NCBI GenBank assembly: GCA_946965045.2
Contig: OX337238.1
Span: 2,666,001 to 2,730,000 of the forward strand
Direction of reading: 5' to 3'
From: Epithemia pelagica
Lineage: Eukaryota; Protista; Bacillariophyta
DNA: 64,000 nucleotides
Part shown: positions 34,185-45,029 of the stretch, piece after piece
How the letters are laid out: each line of letters begins with the position of its first letter
Numbering within the stretch: the stretch's first letter is position 1
Notes under the pieces: model-generated
Seen by the model: the letters and a program-made list of their open reading frames with translations, nothing else
The model's database searches: none
What the model was told of the DNA's origin: nothing
Program-made: the position numbers and the translations under genes

Positions 34185-36521
34185 GGTACTTGCAGCAACA
34201 CCAAGGAGTCTTCGTCTTTTTCCTCAAAACCTCTCAGAAAATACGGAAATGTGGGACTCAACGAATGGACTGAATATTCTGGACCGTTTGTACCAAAACC
34301 GGAACGAAAGACGGCAGCACCTCCACGGCGGCGATTTCAATCATGGATCATGGTATCCTTCATCGGATGGATGGCCTTGGACAGATGAACGGGTCCAAAA
34401 CCATCCACGAAAAAAGCCACTCCAGCAAAGATTCCACGAACGCTCATTTCGAGAGGAAGCTTGGCCTCAGTGGAGGCAATGATGGAGGTTTGAGTAACGT
34501 TCTCTTGCTTCTGGTTATCATCGTCGTCGTTTTCGATTGGGAAGGTGACGACGTCTCCAGAATGGCGGCTGCTGGTGAAAGAGTCGTGGTATCCGCCGCC
34601 CAACTACGGCAAAATTATGATCTTGCGGCGAACAGTGTCCATGCCGTCATCGGCGTCTTCCATCGACCATGGGTCGGCTTTTGGATACAAGTGAGGAGAA
34701 CATTGAAGTGGCTGTCATCTTGATTCTCGGAAACAGAAGACGACAGAAAGACCTCCACGGCGGCGATTGTCATCCTTCATCTGATGACCTTGGACAGATG
34801 AAAGGGTCCAAAACCATCCACGAAAAAAAGTCACCCTCGCCCAAACCAGGGATTCCACGCTGGCAATCCCACTTCAAGACGGAAGCTCCTAGTCGCTATC
34901 ACAGGAACTCGTGTCTCCGTTGGTAATCCTTGTCCGTTGCAGTCGTGAGGCCCTAGATTCCTCCTCGCTCTTTTGCAAACTCCAACATCGCAGCCAAACG
35001 CTGTTTCATCGTCCATGGTGTATGAGTCAATGTGTCTCCGTCTCAATGTTGAAAGACAATGAGAGAGATGGATCTCGTAGAGAAGAATCCCGAGAGAAGT
35101 GTGGCACTCACAACCGAATGTTCTGTTGGATTCACAATGACCACAATGAGAGTCGGTTCACTCATGTTTCTTTTCCAACGTCGTCGATTGTAGCGTTCGC
35201 TTCGGCTGTTGCTTCTTTTGTGTTCTCAATCCCAACGAAGCCAACCAGTCCTTGTCTAATCCAAAAGGCCCCATCCAATTGCAAAAGAAACGAAGCATGA
35301 CGCATGTCCGTGCATGGATCACATGGGCATCCTACACTGGCAAACGCCCCAGATGCACGAGGAACAGAGCCATGAAGAGAGAGCCCATAGATGAAGTTGC
35401 CATTTCATTTGCCAATACACATGACAAACACATGGTTGCATCGCCATTATTTCCACACTTTCAGAACCGTATACCACTATACGTGACGACATTTGGAACC
35501 ACACAGCACATCCTCCAAGGTCAAGAGGATGGCAAAGAAGAGCAACCATTGTTGCGTAGTGCTGGCAATATAACGGGTGGTTGTGGTTTCATTTGAAACC
35601 TTTTGGCTTTCTTTCGTCTTGTTCTCCAACTGTTGTGTCCTCTAAAGGCTATAGTCTCAGCCAACAGTACTTCTCCAGAGGCAACACTTGGCATTTCGTC
35701 GGCCACAGGTGTTTGAGAAATGACAGGCCCATTCGAATTGTACCAGGCGACGTGAACAACTCCATGACGCTCAAACATGAGATTCTCTCTTGTCGTCTAC
35801 CGAGCTTTCGCTGGTGTCAAGTGCGTGAAGAACAAAGGGCCTCCCTCTCCTGGACAACCGAGACGCGGTCGGCAGATTTACGGAGAGAACGCCACATTTA
35901 TCTCTCGTGTCTCGTTCCATTCGTCATGGTGGGTCATTCCAAGTTCAAGAAGGAAGAAAACCACCGTGGCTGCGTCTCCTCTGGCATGGAATCGTTCCGC
36001 GACCCATTCCCTCTTTATATGCGACCCATCGACGATCGTTGTGGAGGTCCCGCGGATCTCGTGTGGATCTTTTTCATCAATGGCCAACCATGGTCGATGC
36101 ATTCAAACCATTTTGAGACTTTGGTCCTTTGCTGTTATCGTCCTTCTCATCTCACGAAAGTACTGGTCAGTAATAGCAAGACCATATTCGAGTTTTATTT
36201 TGAGTTACGAACTACAATAGGAGGATTGTTCACAGGATTAAACCGCCAGTTCGGGCTCCAGTGGGAAAAAGCTGCCAACGATCGACATAACTGACAATTC
36301 TGACTCTTTGGACAACAGCAAGACCCTCGTGACAAGAGGAATGTACGAAAACATTCACAACATCTCCATAGGTACTAATCTCATTAAGAAAAGATTCAAC
36401 TCTTCGAGAGTATACCAACCAAACCAACAATTCTATTGTATCCCTGTAGTTGAATGTAACACATTTCGATATGTCAACCTTCATGATCATTGTCTGAATC
36501 AGTCGTCCCACGTTCTTGAGC

Positions 36522-37688
36522 TTATGCCAATGTCAAGTCGTTCTTGGAACCCAAGCGATACCATCCGTTTGGCTCCATGTTGCAGAGTCGACGAAAGCAC
36601 CACGTGTTCTTGTCCATCAAGGGCAGTGTCGCACAAGAATCATTCCCTGATCCACCAATCACGGCAATTCCATTCAAGAAAGTCACAGCACTGCAACACC
36701 AATATTCAGCTGGTACTCTCGGGAGCTTCCACACCAAGTTCCTGTAAATATCCAAAACTTCTTCATCCCCGTGTTTATCATGACCCATAGCAAGCAAACA
36801 TGATCCCACAGGCAAAACATGACTTTTCCTGGGTACGGAAAGCTTCATGTTTGGGAGAGTTGTCCAAGCGCAAGATGAGGGGAAAACTCCTGCTGCAGTC
36901 TCTCTGGTATCAATGCCAGACGAGTGCTGGAACTCCAAATACTCCACTGAGTTGAGTTTTTCTAAACAATATCCATCCCAGTAGTACCCTCCAACAGCAA
37001 AAATGCGATGACCAATGACAGCACTTCCACACACTGCCCGAGGAATTGTCATGGACGGTCCCACATGGATGGTGTGGCTGTTTTGGACTTTCGTATCGAT
37101 AATTTCGACTGACGACAAACAATTTCCATTGTCGGTTCCCCCCATGACGACAATGTATCGATTATACACGGCAACAGCCGAACATTCATCTCTTGCCGTT
37201 GACAACCGACAATTCAAAGTTGTCCAAGGGTTCCCAGTAGTAGTAGTGTTCGTCGAGTACGTTTGCAACAAATTTTCAACATCAATGCGTTCGATACTCT
37301 TTCCCAATCTTGTCGAATAATCGCAATCTCCTCCCATCACATAAACACCTCCGTTACAGACCACTGCTGCATGGCAGGCTCGGTGATTGTTCAACGGCGG
37401 TCCTTCCCGCCACTGCTTGTTTTCTTCTGCCAAATTCAATAACAGAACTGAATTGGCATGGTAGCCGTCATATTGGTTGTATCCTCCCAGAACTACAACC
37501 GTCTGTGCATTGCCACTCGTTTCGGAATGATGATCCAGCACCACCGATGCATGCCAACAGCGCCCTCCATCCAAAAGAGGAGGCCAATCACTGGAATTCC
37601 ATCGTGGTGTATCACTGTTGTTGTGTGGGTCGTCGGAAAAGACAAGCCCCGACTCCCATGCTTGTTCTTGCAGTGTCATCCGCGTCAT
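36522..37688 (-). CDS. Stand-alone six-blade Kelch protein (K6), ~388 aa
   Basis: Start inferred at MTRMTLQEQAWESG by alignment to paralogs; tail LPLMDKNTWCFRRL. Confidence 0.88.
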   Translation of the reverse strand: MTRMTLQEQAWESGLVFSDDPHNNSDTPRWNSSDWPPLLDGGRCWHASVVLDHHSETSGNAQTVVVLGGYNQYDGYHANSVLLLNLAEENKQWREGPPLNNHRACHAAVVCNGGVYVMGGDCDYSTRLGKSIERIDVENLLQTYSTNTTTTGNPWTTLNCRLSTARDECSAVAVYNRYIVVMGGTDNGNCLSSVEIIDTKVQNSHTIHVGPSMTIPRAVCGSAVIGHRIFAVGGYYWDGYCLEKLNSVEYLEFQHSSGIDTRETAAGVFPSSCAWTTLPNMKLSVPRKSHVLPVGSCLLAMGHDKHGDEEVLDIYRNLVWKLPRVPAEYWCCSAVTFLNGIAVIGGSGNDSCATLPLMDKNTWCFRRLCNMEPNGWYRLGSKNDLTLA

Positions 37689-38997
37689 GAGGTTGATTCT
37701 GTGGTGTGCAGAGCACGGAGCATAAGATTGATCCTTCTCCTGAAAACCCGAAAAGAGCCAAAAATGTTTAGTGGCTGTGGACGGCTGGTCGGTTGGATGG
37801 ATGGTGGGTAGGTTGGTTGGTTGGCTGGCTGGCTGATTGTTTTGGCTGGTCGGCGCGTTCGCGCGCTTTTTCGATTCAAACGAACGGGACAAGGGAGGTA
37901 TGTGCATCCATGAAGGCCACACAATGGCCACTGAATTCTATGGTGGTGTCACTTGATGTTGTTGGGCCACAGAGTCAGTGTGTCGTTGGTTGGATTCCAA
38001 CCACGCCATGAAGAAGAAGATGATCATGATGATGATGAATCTTTTCCAAGGCGGAACAACAACGTACGACAACGGTACGGTGTTGTTCCTCCACGACCAT
38101 CCATGAGCTGTGAAATGTCCCACAATTTTGCCGGCTGATTTTCCAAAGACCACGACCGACGAACAGAGGAGTATACGTGGCTACTCGTGTACTGAATTTG
38201 TTCCAATGGAATTTTCCACCCTCTCGATCAATGCTCCCATTCCCTTGTGAAGCAGGAGCCACTGTATGGAATGGCTGCTGGCCAAATCTTTTTGTTGGAT
38301 GAGCAACGTCATGTTGCTACTATGGAATGGCTGCTGGCCGAGCAACGCCATGCTGCTACACCACACATCATATGGTAGAAGCCGTCCCCACCGAGATCAC
38401 TTTGAATTGGTGTCTGGAGGGCCTTCATGTTGGGCCTCACTACAAGAGACTAGACAACACCGATGATAGATAGAACTGACGAGACCTTGTCAAAACTCTT
38501 CAACATACCACCATGCTCTTTCGTACAGAAACGAATCACTCGGACCTTGAGACCTGATACTACCGCGAAATCATGGTTCTTGTTGTTGTGCTTTGCCCAT
38601 CGTCCTTTCTTTTCGAATCCAAGTCACCTGCGCCATGGGTACTTCGTCAACCGAAACCGTTCCCGTGAAATCGTCTACGTAGCAACAATAGGTATTTCTT
38701 TTTTTGAGATTTTATGGTTCACTGGTGAAAAGATTCACACAAGGCAACCATTCCAAGTCCACATGACAATCATAGTATTCAAGTTATGAAAACTTGTAAA
38801 GCGTGCAATACACAGTTCAGTGAATTCAATCATCGCTCCTTTTATCATGGCATGAATTAGTCGTTCCTCGTTCTGATGGGACGAACGCCAAACAGGATTT
38901 TCTGGTAACTACACAATCGACGAACGCAGCACACGTGTTTATGTCCATCAATGCAAGCGTGTGGCAACAAGCAACAACCATCCGTTTAAACCACCAA

Positions 38998-40914
38998 TCA
39001 CGGCAGTTCCAACATTTGTTCTTGTGCTTTGGCAAAGGCAGGCTCAGTCACCAACTTTTCCCACACTGTCAACAGAGAAAGAATCTGTTCTTGGTTTGTT
39101 GCCAAATCGGAACAATAGGAAATGGTTTTTTCTACCACTGTCGCTCGATTCCATTCCGAAGCCACTTTCTACGCAGCCACCACATGGGCACAGGTAAAGC
39201 CTGAAGAATCGGAACCATGTTGTAGTGTTTGTGCGAGACAGGCAGCAATTTGGGGTTGATCGAAAAATATTCTAACTTGATGCAAAATGAGGGCGTACTG
39301 ATCAGGCGTTAGTTGGGAAAAGACAACATTATACCAGTCGGGATCCTGGATTTTGCGTTGAATAATTTCCCAATCGGCAGAGGATCCCGACATTTCCTCC
39401 AAAAGAACCTTGCGAGAGGGCTGCTGTGTAGCGACATCCGACGGCACGAGCACCGATTCTTGTACATCTACCTCAATGTGTCGATCCTCAGTGACTCCAA
39501 CCATATTTTTGTACCACCCATGCTCACGTGGGAACGTGGAGCATCTTCGTACTGTGGGGGAATATACGTCGCTGGTCCTGAAGCGGCGACTTCGACTTCT
39601 GGTTCATCATTGTCGTTTTCAGCTTCTTCTTGATTTGAAGGTTCTTCTTCCACCAGCAGGGGAAAGAAAGCGACCGGACGTGGATACTTCCAGTTCCAAA
39701 TGATGTGATATGGTAATGAATCTACCACAATAGGAACACATCATTCCGACATTACGGGGAATGGTAAAGGTTGCGGAATGGCGAGCATTGTTGACTTCGC
39801 GATGTATATCCCGTAACTCCCATGAAATATCCTGAGCTTGTTGTGCGGTCTTGCTTTCAGTGGCCAAACTTCCTTGGAAAAACAAGGAATGGGTAGAGTC
39901 CATGGACAACAGAGATTGTGGACGACTCCCTGCAATGGAACAGCCTATCCAATTGAATCTTTGTCGCAAGGTCGCCTTGACGGAATCAATTTCTTTCACT
40001 GAATGATTGCGACACGAAATATTGATCCGGCATTCTTGACCTTTGTGTACACGAACATTGTCAAACTGTGCTGCCAACGATATACTTCCCACTGGAAAAA
40101 AGCACGACCAAATCTTTCTAGTGACAGGAGGTGCATTGTAGGGGACGGGGTCTGGATTTTCATGAAGCACTTCGAGGTTGCGGCAGTTATTGAGGTTGGA
40201 AAAGATGCCACCATTGCTCTCAACATGAAGTTTTATTAATCCATTAACATGGAGCTTGCGGTAGTCATTGCAGAAAAAGATGCCACCACTGCTCTCAACA
40301 TGAATGTTTTCTTCCTTATGGTAGTTCCACATTCGACCGGAACCTTGGAGCTCCGCCTTGAAGTAATAACGAATCTGACATCCATCAACAGAAGGGTTTC
40401 CATGGACGAAAGTACCGGGTATGGATTTTGGCAACTCAACTGAAAAGGGAATTTGATACTTGCCAGTAGGAATTCGAATTTTGTTCGCTCGTTTGCTCTT
40501 CTTTTCGCTCGTTTCGCTGCCGTAGATGAAAGGCTCGCTCTCTTCTTCCTTTTCATTGTAGGTTTGAAAGACAGAAGAAGCCAGAGAAGGCATGGGTAGT
40601 TTGAGTTCCAAAAAGCCCCACTTCTGACTAATAGGGTCATTTCCTTGGCGACCCCTTGTTTCTTCCTCGCCATGAAAGGTCACATCCAAGGCCGAGGCCA
40701 CAACACCCTTGGGATCGTTGACGATTAGTACCACAAATCCTTGTATCGACTCACCAGCCTTGGCAACAGCAATCAAAGGGGCTGCTGCTGTATTGTCTCG
40801 TTCGTCTTGTCTTTCAGAGCGAGCTTGTACTAGTTTTGGTTTTTCTTGAGGAGATAAGGGTACCTCCATGGTTGGATGATCTGGAAAGAGAATGAGGAAT
40901 TCGACCTTCTTCAT
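38998..40914 (-). pseudogene. Alpha-arrestin (arrestin-N, arrestin-C, PPQY, C-terminal helical domain), frameshifted
   Basis: GESIQGFVVL..DVTFHGEEET, GKYQIPFSVELPKSIPGTF..IRYYFKAEL, RINISCRNHS. The continuation is split across three frames (39619, 39468 and 39169 ORFs), and there is an internal duplication of HVESxGGIF. Confidence 0.8.
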
Positions 40915-41546
40915 GGTTCTTTTGTGCTTGTTGATCTCTGGTAGTACCTAGTGGTAGTTCTTGACGAGCAAACCAAACTGTGTGCATCTTCCGGAGAGTT
41001 TTGTCTCGTGTGTAGAGGACTGTTCATTGCGATTTGAGGCGCTCTTCTTCATGGAGACGTGTGGTGTCATTGATCCTTCTCATCATCACGGTACGTTACC
41101 GGTGAGTATGCGGCGTCCTGAAGACGATCTATTATACCATTGCAGGTGTGGATGTTGTTTGTATTTTGACAATTGACATGCTGAGTTCTCGATTGACATG
41201 CTGTTCTCGAACAAAATCTTTGTCGTCTGCGGGTATCTTACTCGATGTGTTTGTGGTCGCGCGTTTCAGTCTGTCACGTGCCAGTCACGAGTAGGTCCCG
41301 TTTCGATTCACGACTAGCATTTCCGCGACTGAAGCATTCGGATTCGGAATCCGAATTCTCTGGGATTCGCGAGAGAAAGTACTTCTGGGACTCGGGACGC
41401 GGATGCCACAACCGATGATGATGAGATGGAGATGGACCGATCCATAGACGAGAACCTGTATAAGAGGGAGTGTACTACTGTGATGGCGACTGTACAAAGG
41501 CAAGTTCCTTCCACCTTCCAACACGCGCATCCTCATCATTTCTCTG

Positions 41547-44357
41547 TTGGTGTATGTGTTGAATCTAAGCCTTACCATGACATGCTCCTCGCAGGGTTCT
41601 GCCGAGGCAGTGGTGGAGCCCAATCAGGATGAGGATGTCGCCTTTTACAACTTGTGGCAGGCCTGGACCCACAGTGTCGTCATGCTCGAACAACAACAAC
41701 AACAACAAACATTATCACGAAACAACCAATGGCAACCACCGGACGAAGATCAGTGTTGTCGGAGTTGTTGTTGTCGTGGTAGTGGCTACCAATCATCTGC
41801 CATTCGTCCTCGCCCTCGTCGAAGACGTGTCCATTTGATTTGGAGGAGCAGCAATAGTACTCCCAACAACAAACACAAAAGACGACGACGTCGTCGACAA
41901 GCTTTCCTTCCACACGGCTTTTGGGGTGAGAACGCTGGTGGTGTTTTTTGCAATGTGTGTCATGGGCGGTGTTGGTCCTGCTCTTCCAGTCCACAACAAG
42001 AACAAGAACAATCACCACCACAACAAGAGCAGCCAGAGGATCCAGATCCGAACAAGGACGCAACCAGAACACCAACATTATGGGTGGAGCAGTATGATGA
42101 GGAGGATTCTTTTTGTGGCTCTTCTTCCTCTGTTTGTTCTTCGTGGCTCGTAGATACTTCTTGTTCTTCTTCTGGTACGGAATCCACCAACAATCACCAC
42201 AACAAGTCGTTCGTACCACCATGCCTGGATCCTCCAGGATCTTTATCATTGGCCATCGTCCAGGAGGCAGGAGGAGATTCATTGGCCATCGTCCAGGAGG
42301 CAGGAGGAGATGCTCCCATTATCAAAACTCCAACAACCATCACAAAACCAAGAACTCCTACAAGAAGCAAAAATGGGCTCACGACACCAACCACAACCAC
42401 AAAAAGAAGCATTACGGCACGTCAACAACAAATCCAGGTCGATCGGTTGTGTCGATGTACGAAACAAGACCAAACACGAGCCTTGGACTTGATGAGCGGA
42501 GGGCTCGAAACCACTGATTGCAATGCCCCGGCATGTCCTTTCTTCTCCATCAACCAGGACAAATTACTACGAAAGGTGATCGTGTCACCCGCAACAAGAG
42601 TCGACAACAATAACGTATTACCACCACCCGAGGTGATGGATTTGGTTCGAGAGGACAACGACCAACATTCGGACCATGCGCCGAATACAGGTGGCCACGA
42701 TGGGGAATCTAACATACTACAACCAGAACTGCAAGACGACTACCCTCCACACACCGCCACCACCACCACCAACAACAACAGCAACAACAACAACGGCGAC
42801 CACGACAAATACGTGACACCCACGATCGTCCCCAACAGTGCTACCGGTACAACCGTCGTGTCGTCCTTCACCCGAAACCACCAACGATTGGATTCGTATT
42901 CATCATCGTCTTCATCCTCCTCCTCCTCCTCGTCCTTGTTGGCGGCCCCTCAATCCATTCGGTGGACTTGCAGCGATAGTAGCGACACTAGTGGTGACGA
43001 TTGCACGAGACATGCCGCACAAACGTCCGTGCCAGTGTTGTCTCCGACCCGGATCCTCAAGGACGACGATTCGAATACTACCGGTTCGTCCCTGTCACGC
43101 CGGATGCTAGGAGAGTCGAATCCTCCGTTTGGGGACCACCATACTTGTCGTCATCTTGGAAAGCATGCTGCTACTGATGCTCACGATGAGGATGATCCTG
43201 TGGGAACGCCCTTATTGTTGATGACAAATGTCTGGAATTCGCATTCTTCTTTGGCAGCAGCGTCACCTTGTCACCCAAACAGGAACAAACAGAACGCAAA
43301 AGATACTAGTGATGAGGAAGAGTGCATTGTTTTTGATTCGGATGAAGAAGAAGAATGCATTGTCTTCGATTCGGATGAAGAAGAAGAATGCATGGTCTTG
43401 GAGTCTCCTCCGTCTCTCGACTTGTCGTCGTCGGATACCGGGGACAGGACACACTCTTCCTCCTGGGACGTGGATCTGGAACAAGACGTGGCAAAGGTCG
43501 TGGAAGACCAAAGTGCAAATGGGACGTTACTGTCATTCTGGAAGGAACCCCCCGTTCCAACCATGAAGAGCGGTGCTGAATCGACAGTTTCACGAATTCA
43601 ATCCAAGGATGACCTCCATGACGACGTTTCGGAGGCCTATTCTTTGGAATCGCGGTTTCACCAGGAGATTTTGGAACAGACACGTCGTGTCAATCAACTC
43701 TGTCAAAACACCAACGACATGCACTGCGTGTTGAGCCATTGTCTCTCCCAAGACTACATCCGCAATGACGATGAGGACGAAGTACAATGTCATGTTCCAG
43801 AAGGACCCAATGCTATGAAGGATTTGTCATGGTACGACTATTTCCATGTCACGATTCGTCTCTGGATCAAACACCAAGTGTGGCATGTATTTTATGTGAC
43901 TGTTTGCCAGTGCCTGTCGTATGAATTGTGGACCAATTGGAGGATGCTCTACCAAACAATAGGCTGGACGTGGCTGGATTCTTGTCGTCGTCGTCGTCGT
44001 CGTCGTCTTGCTGTGGTCCGTCGGTCCAACAAGGACGCCAGTCTGGAGAGAAATTCTCAATGGAAATCAGCTGTGCTGGTCATGTTACTTTGGCTTGTTG
44101 TTGTTGTTGTTGTTGGGACGGTTTTTGGGACCAACGCTTGGTCCTGGAGAAACTGTCATCGTGACAACAACAGGTTGGCTGGGCAGCACAGGGATCGTTG
44201 GCGGATGGTTGTAGTAGCACCGATGCATTCCTCCATCCCTGTGTTGTGGAACCATAATAAGGCCCATCACCAGGACCATTCGCAACAACACTTGTTGCAC
44301 ATACAGTCGCAAGGAGTTTGGGAATACCATGGCTCGGAACCTTCTCTTCTCCACTAA
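41547..44357 (+). CDS. Large low-complexity hypothetical protein with a C-terminal hydrophobic segment, up to 936 aa
   Basis: 2.8-kb open frame with internal repeats LAIVQEAGGD x2 and SDEEEECxV x3; no family recognised. Confidence 0.55.
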   Translation: MVYVLNLSLTMTCSSQGSAEAVVEPNQDEDVAFYNLWQAWTHSVVMLEQQQQQQTLSRNNQWQPPDEDQCCRSCCCRGSGYQSSAIRPRPRRRRVHLIWRSSNSTPNNKHKRRRRRRQAFLPHGFWGENAGGVFCNVCHGRCWSCSSSPQQEQEQSPPQQEQPEDPDPNKDATRTPTLWVEQYDEEDSFCGSSSSVCSSWLVDTSCSSSGTESTNNHHNKSFVPPCLDPPGSLSLAIVQEAGGDSLAIVQEAGGDAPIIKTPTTITKPRTPTRSKNGLTTPTTTTKRSITARQQQIQVDRLCRCTKQDQTRALDLMSGGLETTDCNAPACPFFSINQDKLLRKVIVSPATRVDNNNVLPPPEVMDLVREDNDQHSDHAPNTGGHDGESNILQPELQDDYPPHTATTTTNNNSNNNNGDHDKYVTPTIVPNSATGTTVVSSFTRNHQRLDSYSSSSSSSSSSSSLLAAPQSIRWTCSDSSDTSGDDCTRHAAQTSVPVLSPTRILKDDDSNTTGSSLSRRMLGESNPPFGDHHTCRHLGKHAATDAHDEDDPVGTPLLLMTNVWNSHSSLAAASPCHPNRNKQNAKDTSDEEECIVFDSDEEEECIVFDSDEEEECMVLESPPSLDLSSSDTGDRTHSSSWDVDLEQDVAKVVEDQSANGTLLSFWKEPPVPTMKSGAESTVSRIQSKDDLHDDVSEAYSLESRFHQEILEQTRRVNQLCQNTNDMHCVLSHCLSQDYIRNDDEDEVQCHVPEGPNAMKDLSWYDYFHVTIRLWIKHQVWHVFYVTVCQCLSYELWTNWRMLYQTIGWTWLDSCRRRRRRRLAVVRRSNKDASLERNSQWKSAVLVMLLWLVVVVVVGTVFGTNAWSWRNCHRDNNRLAGQHRDRWRMVVVAPMHSSIPVLWNHNKAHHQDHSQQHLLHIQSQGVWEYHGSEPSLLH

Positions 44358-44663
44358 GCTAGGAACTATACTCTAGCTAGGAGTCTGTGGCACTGATGTC
44401 TTAAGTAGACGCAACGGACGGAGGGACGGACGGGACTCGCGATCTGGTGGTCGCGGAAGACCGGACGGCTACGCTGGACAGACGAAATCTGCGTGGACCA
44501 GTCAAACAGAGCCCCACTTCCCCACCACAAGTTCCAGTCGTGACTCGCATTCGGAACCACGATTCGCCGACTTTGGCGTCATTCCTGTTTGAATCTGTTC
44601 TCACAAAACAAGAAACCCAAACCTTTCTACAGCATCCAGCTTCAACCAACAAACCCGATAAAC

Positions 44664-45029
44664 ATGCTCTCTACTCGCTCCAACAACAGCGCTACTCTTC
44701 TCCTTGATGAAGACGTCACTCACGGAATCGTCCAAGATATTCAAGAACAGATGGAAGCCTTGGAGAATCAAATAACAGCGTTGCACAAGACGTCCAAGAA
44801 GCTTAAAATGGTTGAAGAGGAAATCAATAACCTTAACTTTCTTCTGAACTCTGGTATTGGATCCAAGCAGGATAAGGATTCGATGCGTAAAACCAAGAAG
44901 CAACTCCGTGAACAACGAATTGTCCTTCGAGACAAGCTTCAGAATCTTCCGGCTCTCCAGGACCAACGTCAAGAACTTGCTCAGGAGTTGGAACGACTAC
45001 AACGTCGTCATGGCTTGTTCCTCCTATGA
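44664..45029 (+). CDS. Small coiled-coil hypothetical protein (~121 aa)
   Basis: Heptad-rich E/Q/K/L sequence; the start is uncertain. Confidence 0.45.
   Translation: MLSTRSNNSATLLLDEDVTHGIVQDIQEQMEALENQITALHKTSKKLKMVEEEINNLNFLLNSGIGSKQDKDSMRKTKKQLREQRIVLRDKLQNLPALQDQRQELAQELERLQRRHGLFLL

Noticed and set aside
38660-38700. YVDD-like peptide on the minus strand suggesting an RT relic
   Set aside because: There are no other RT motifs and the frame is closed by nearby stops, so it is likely chance.
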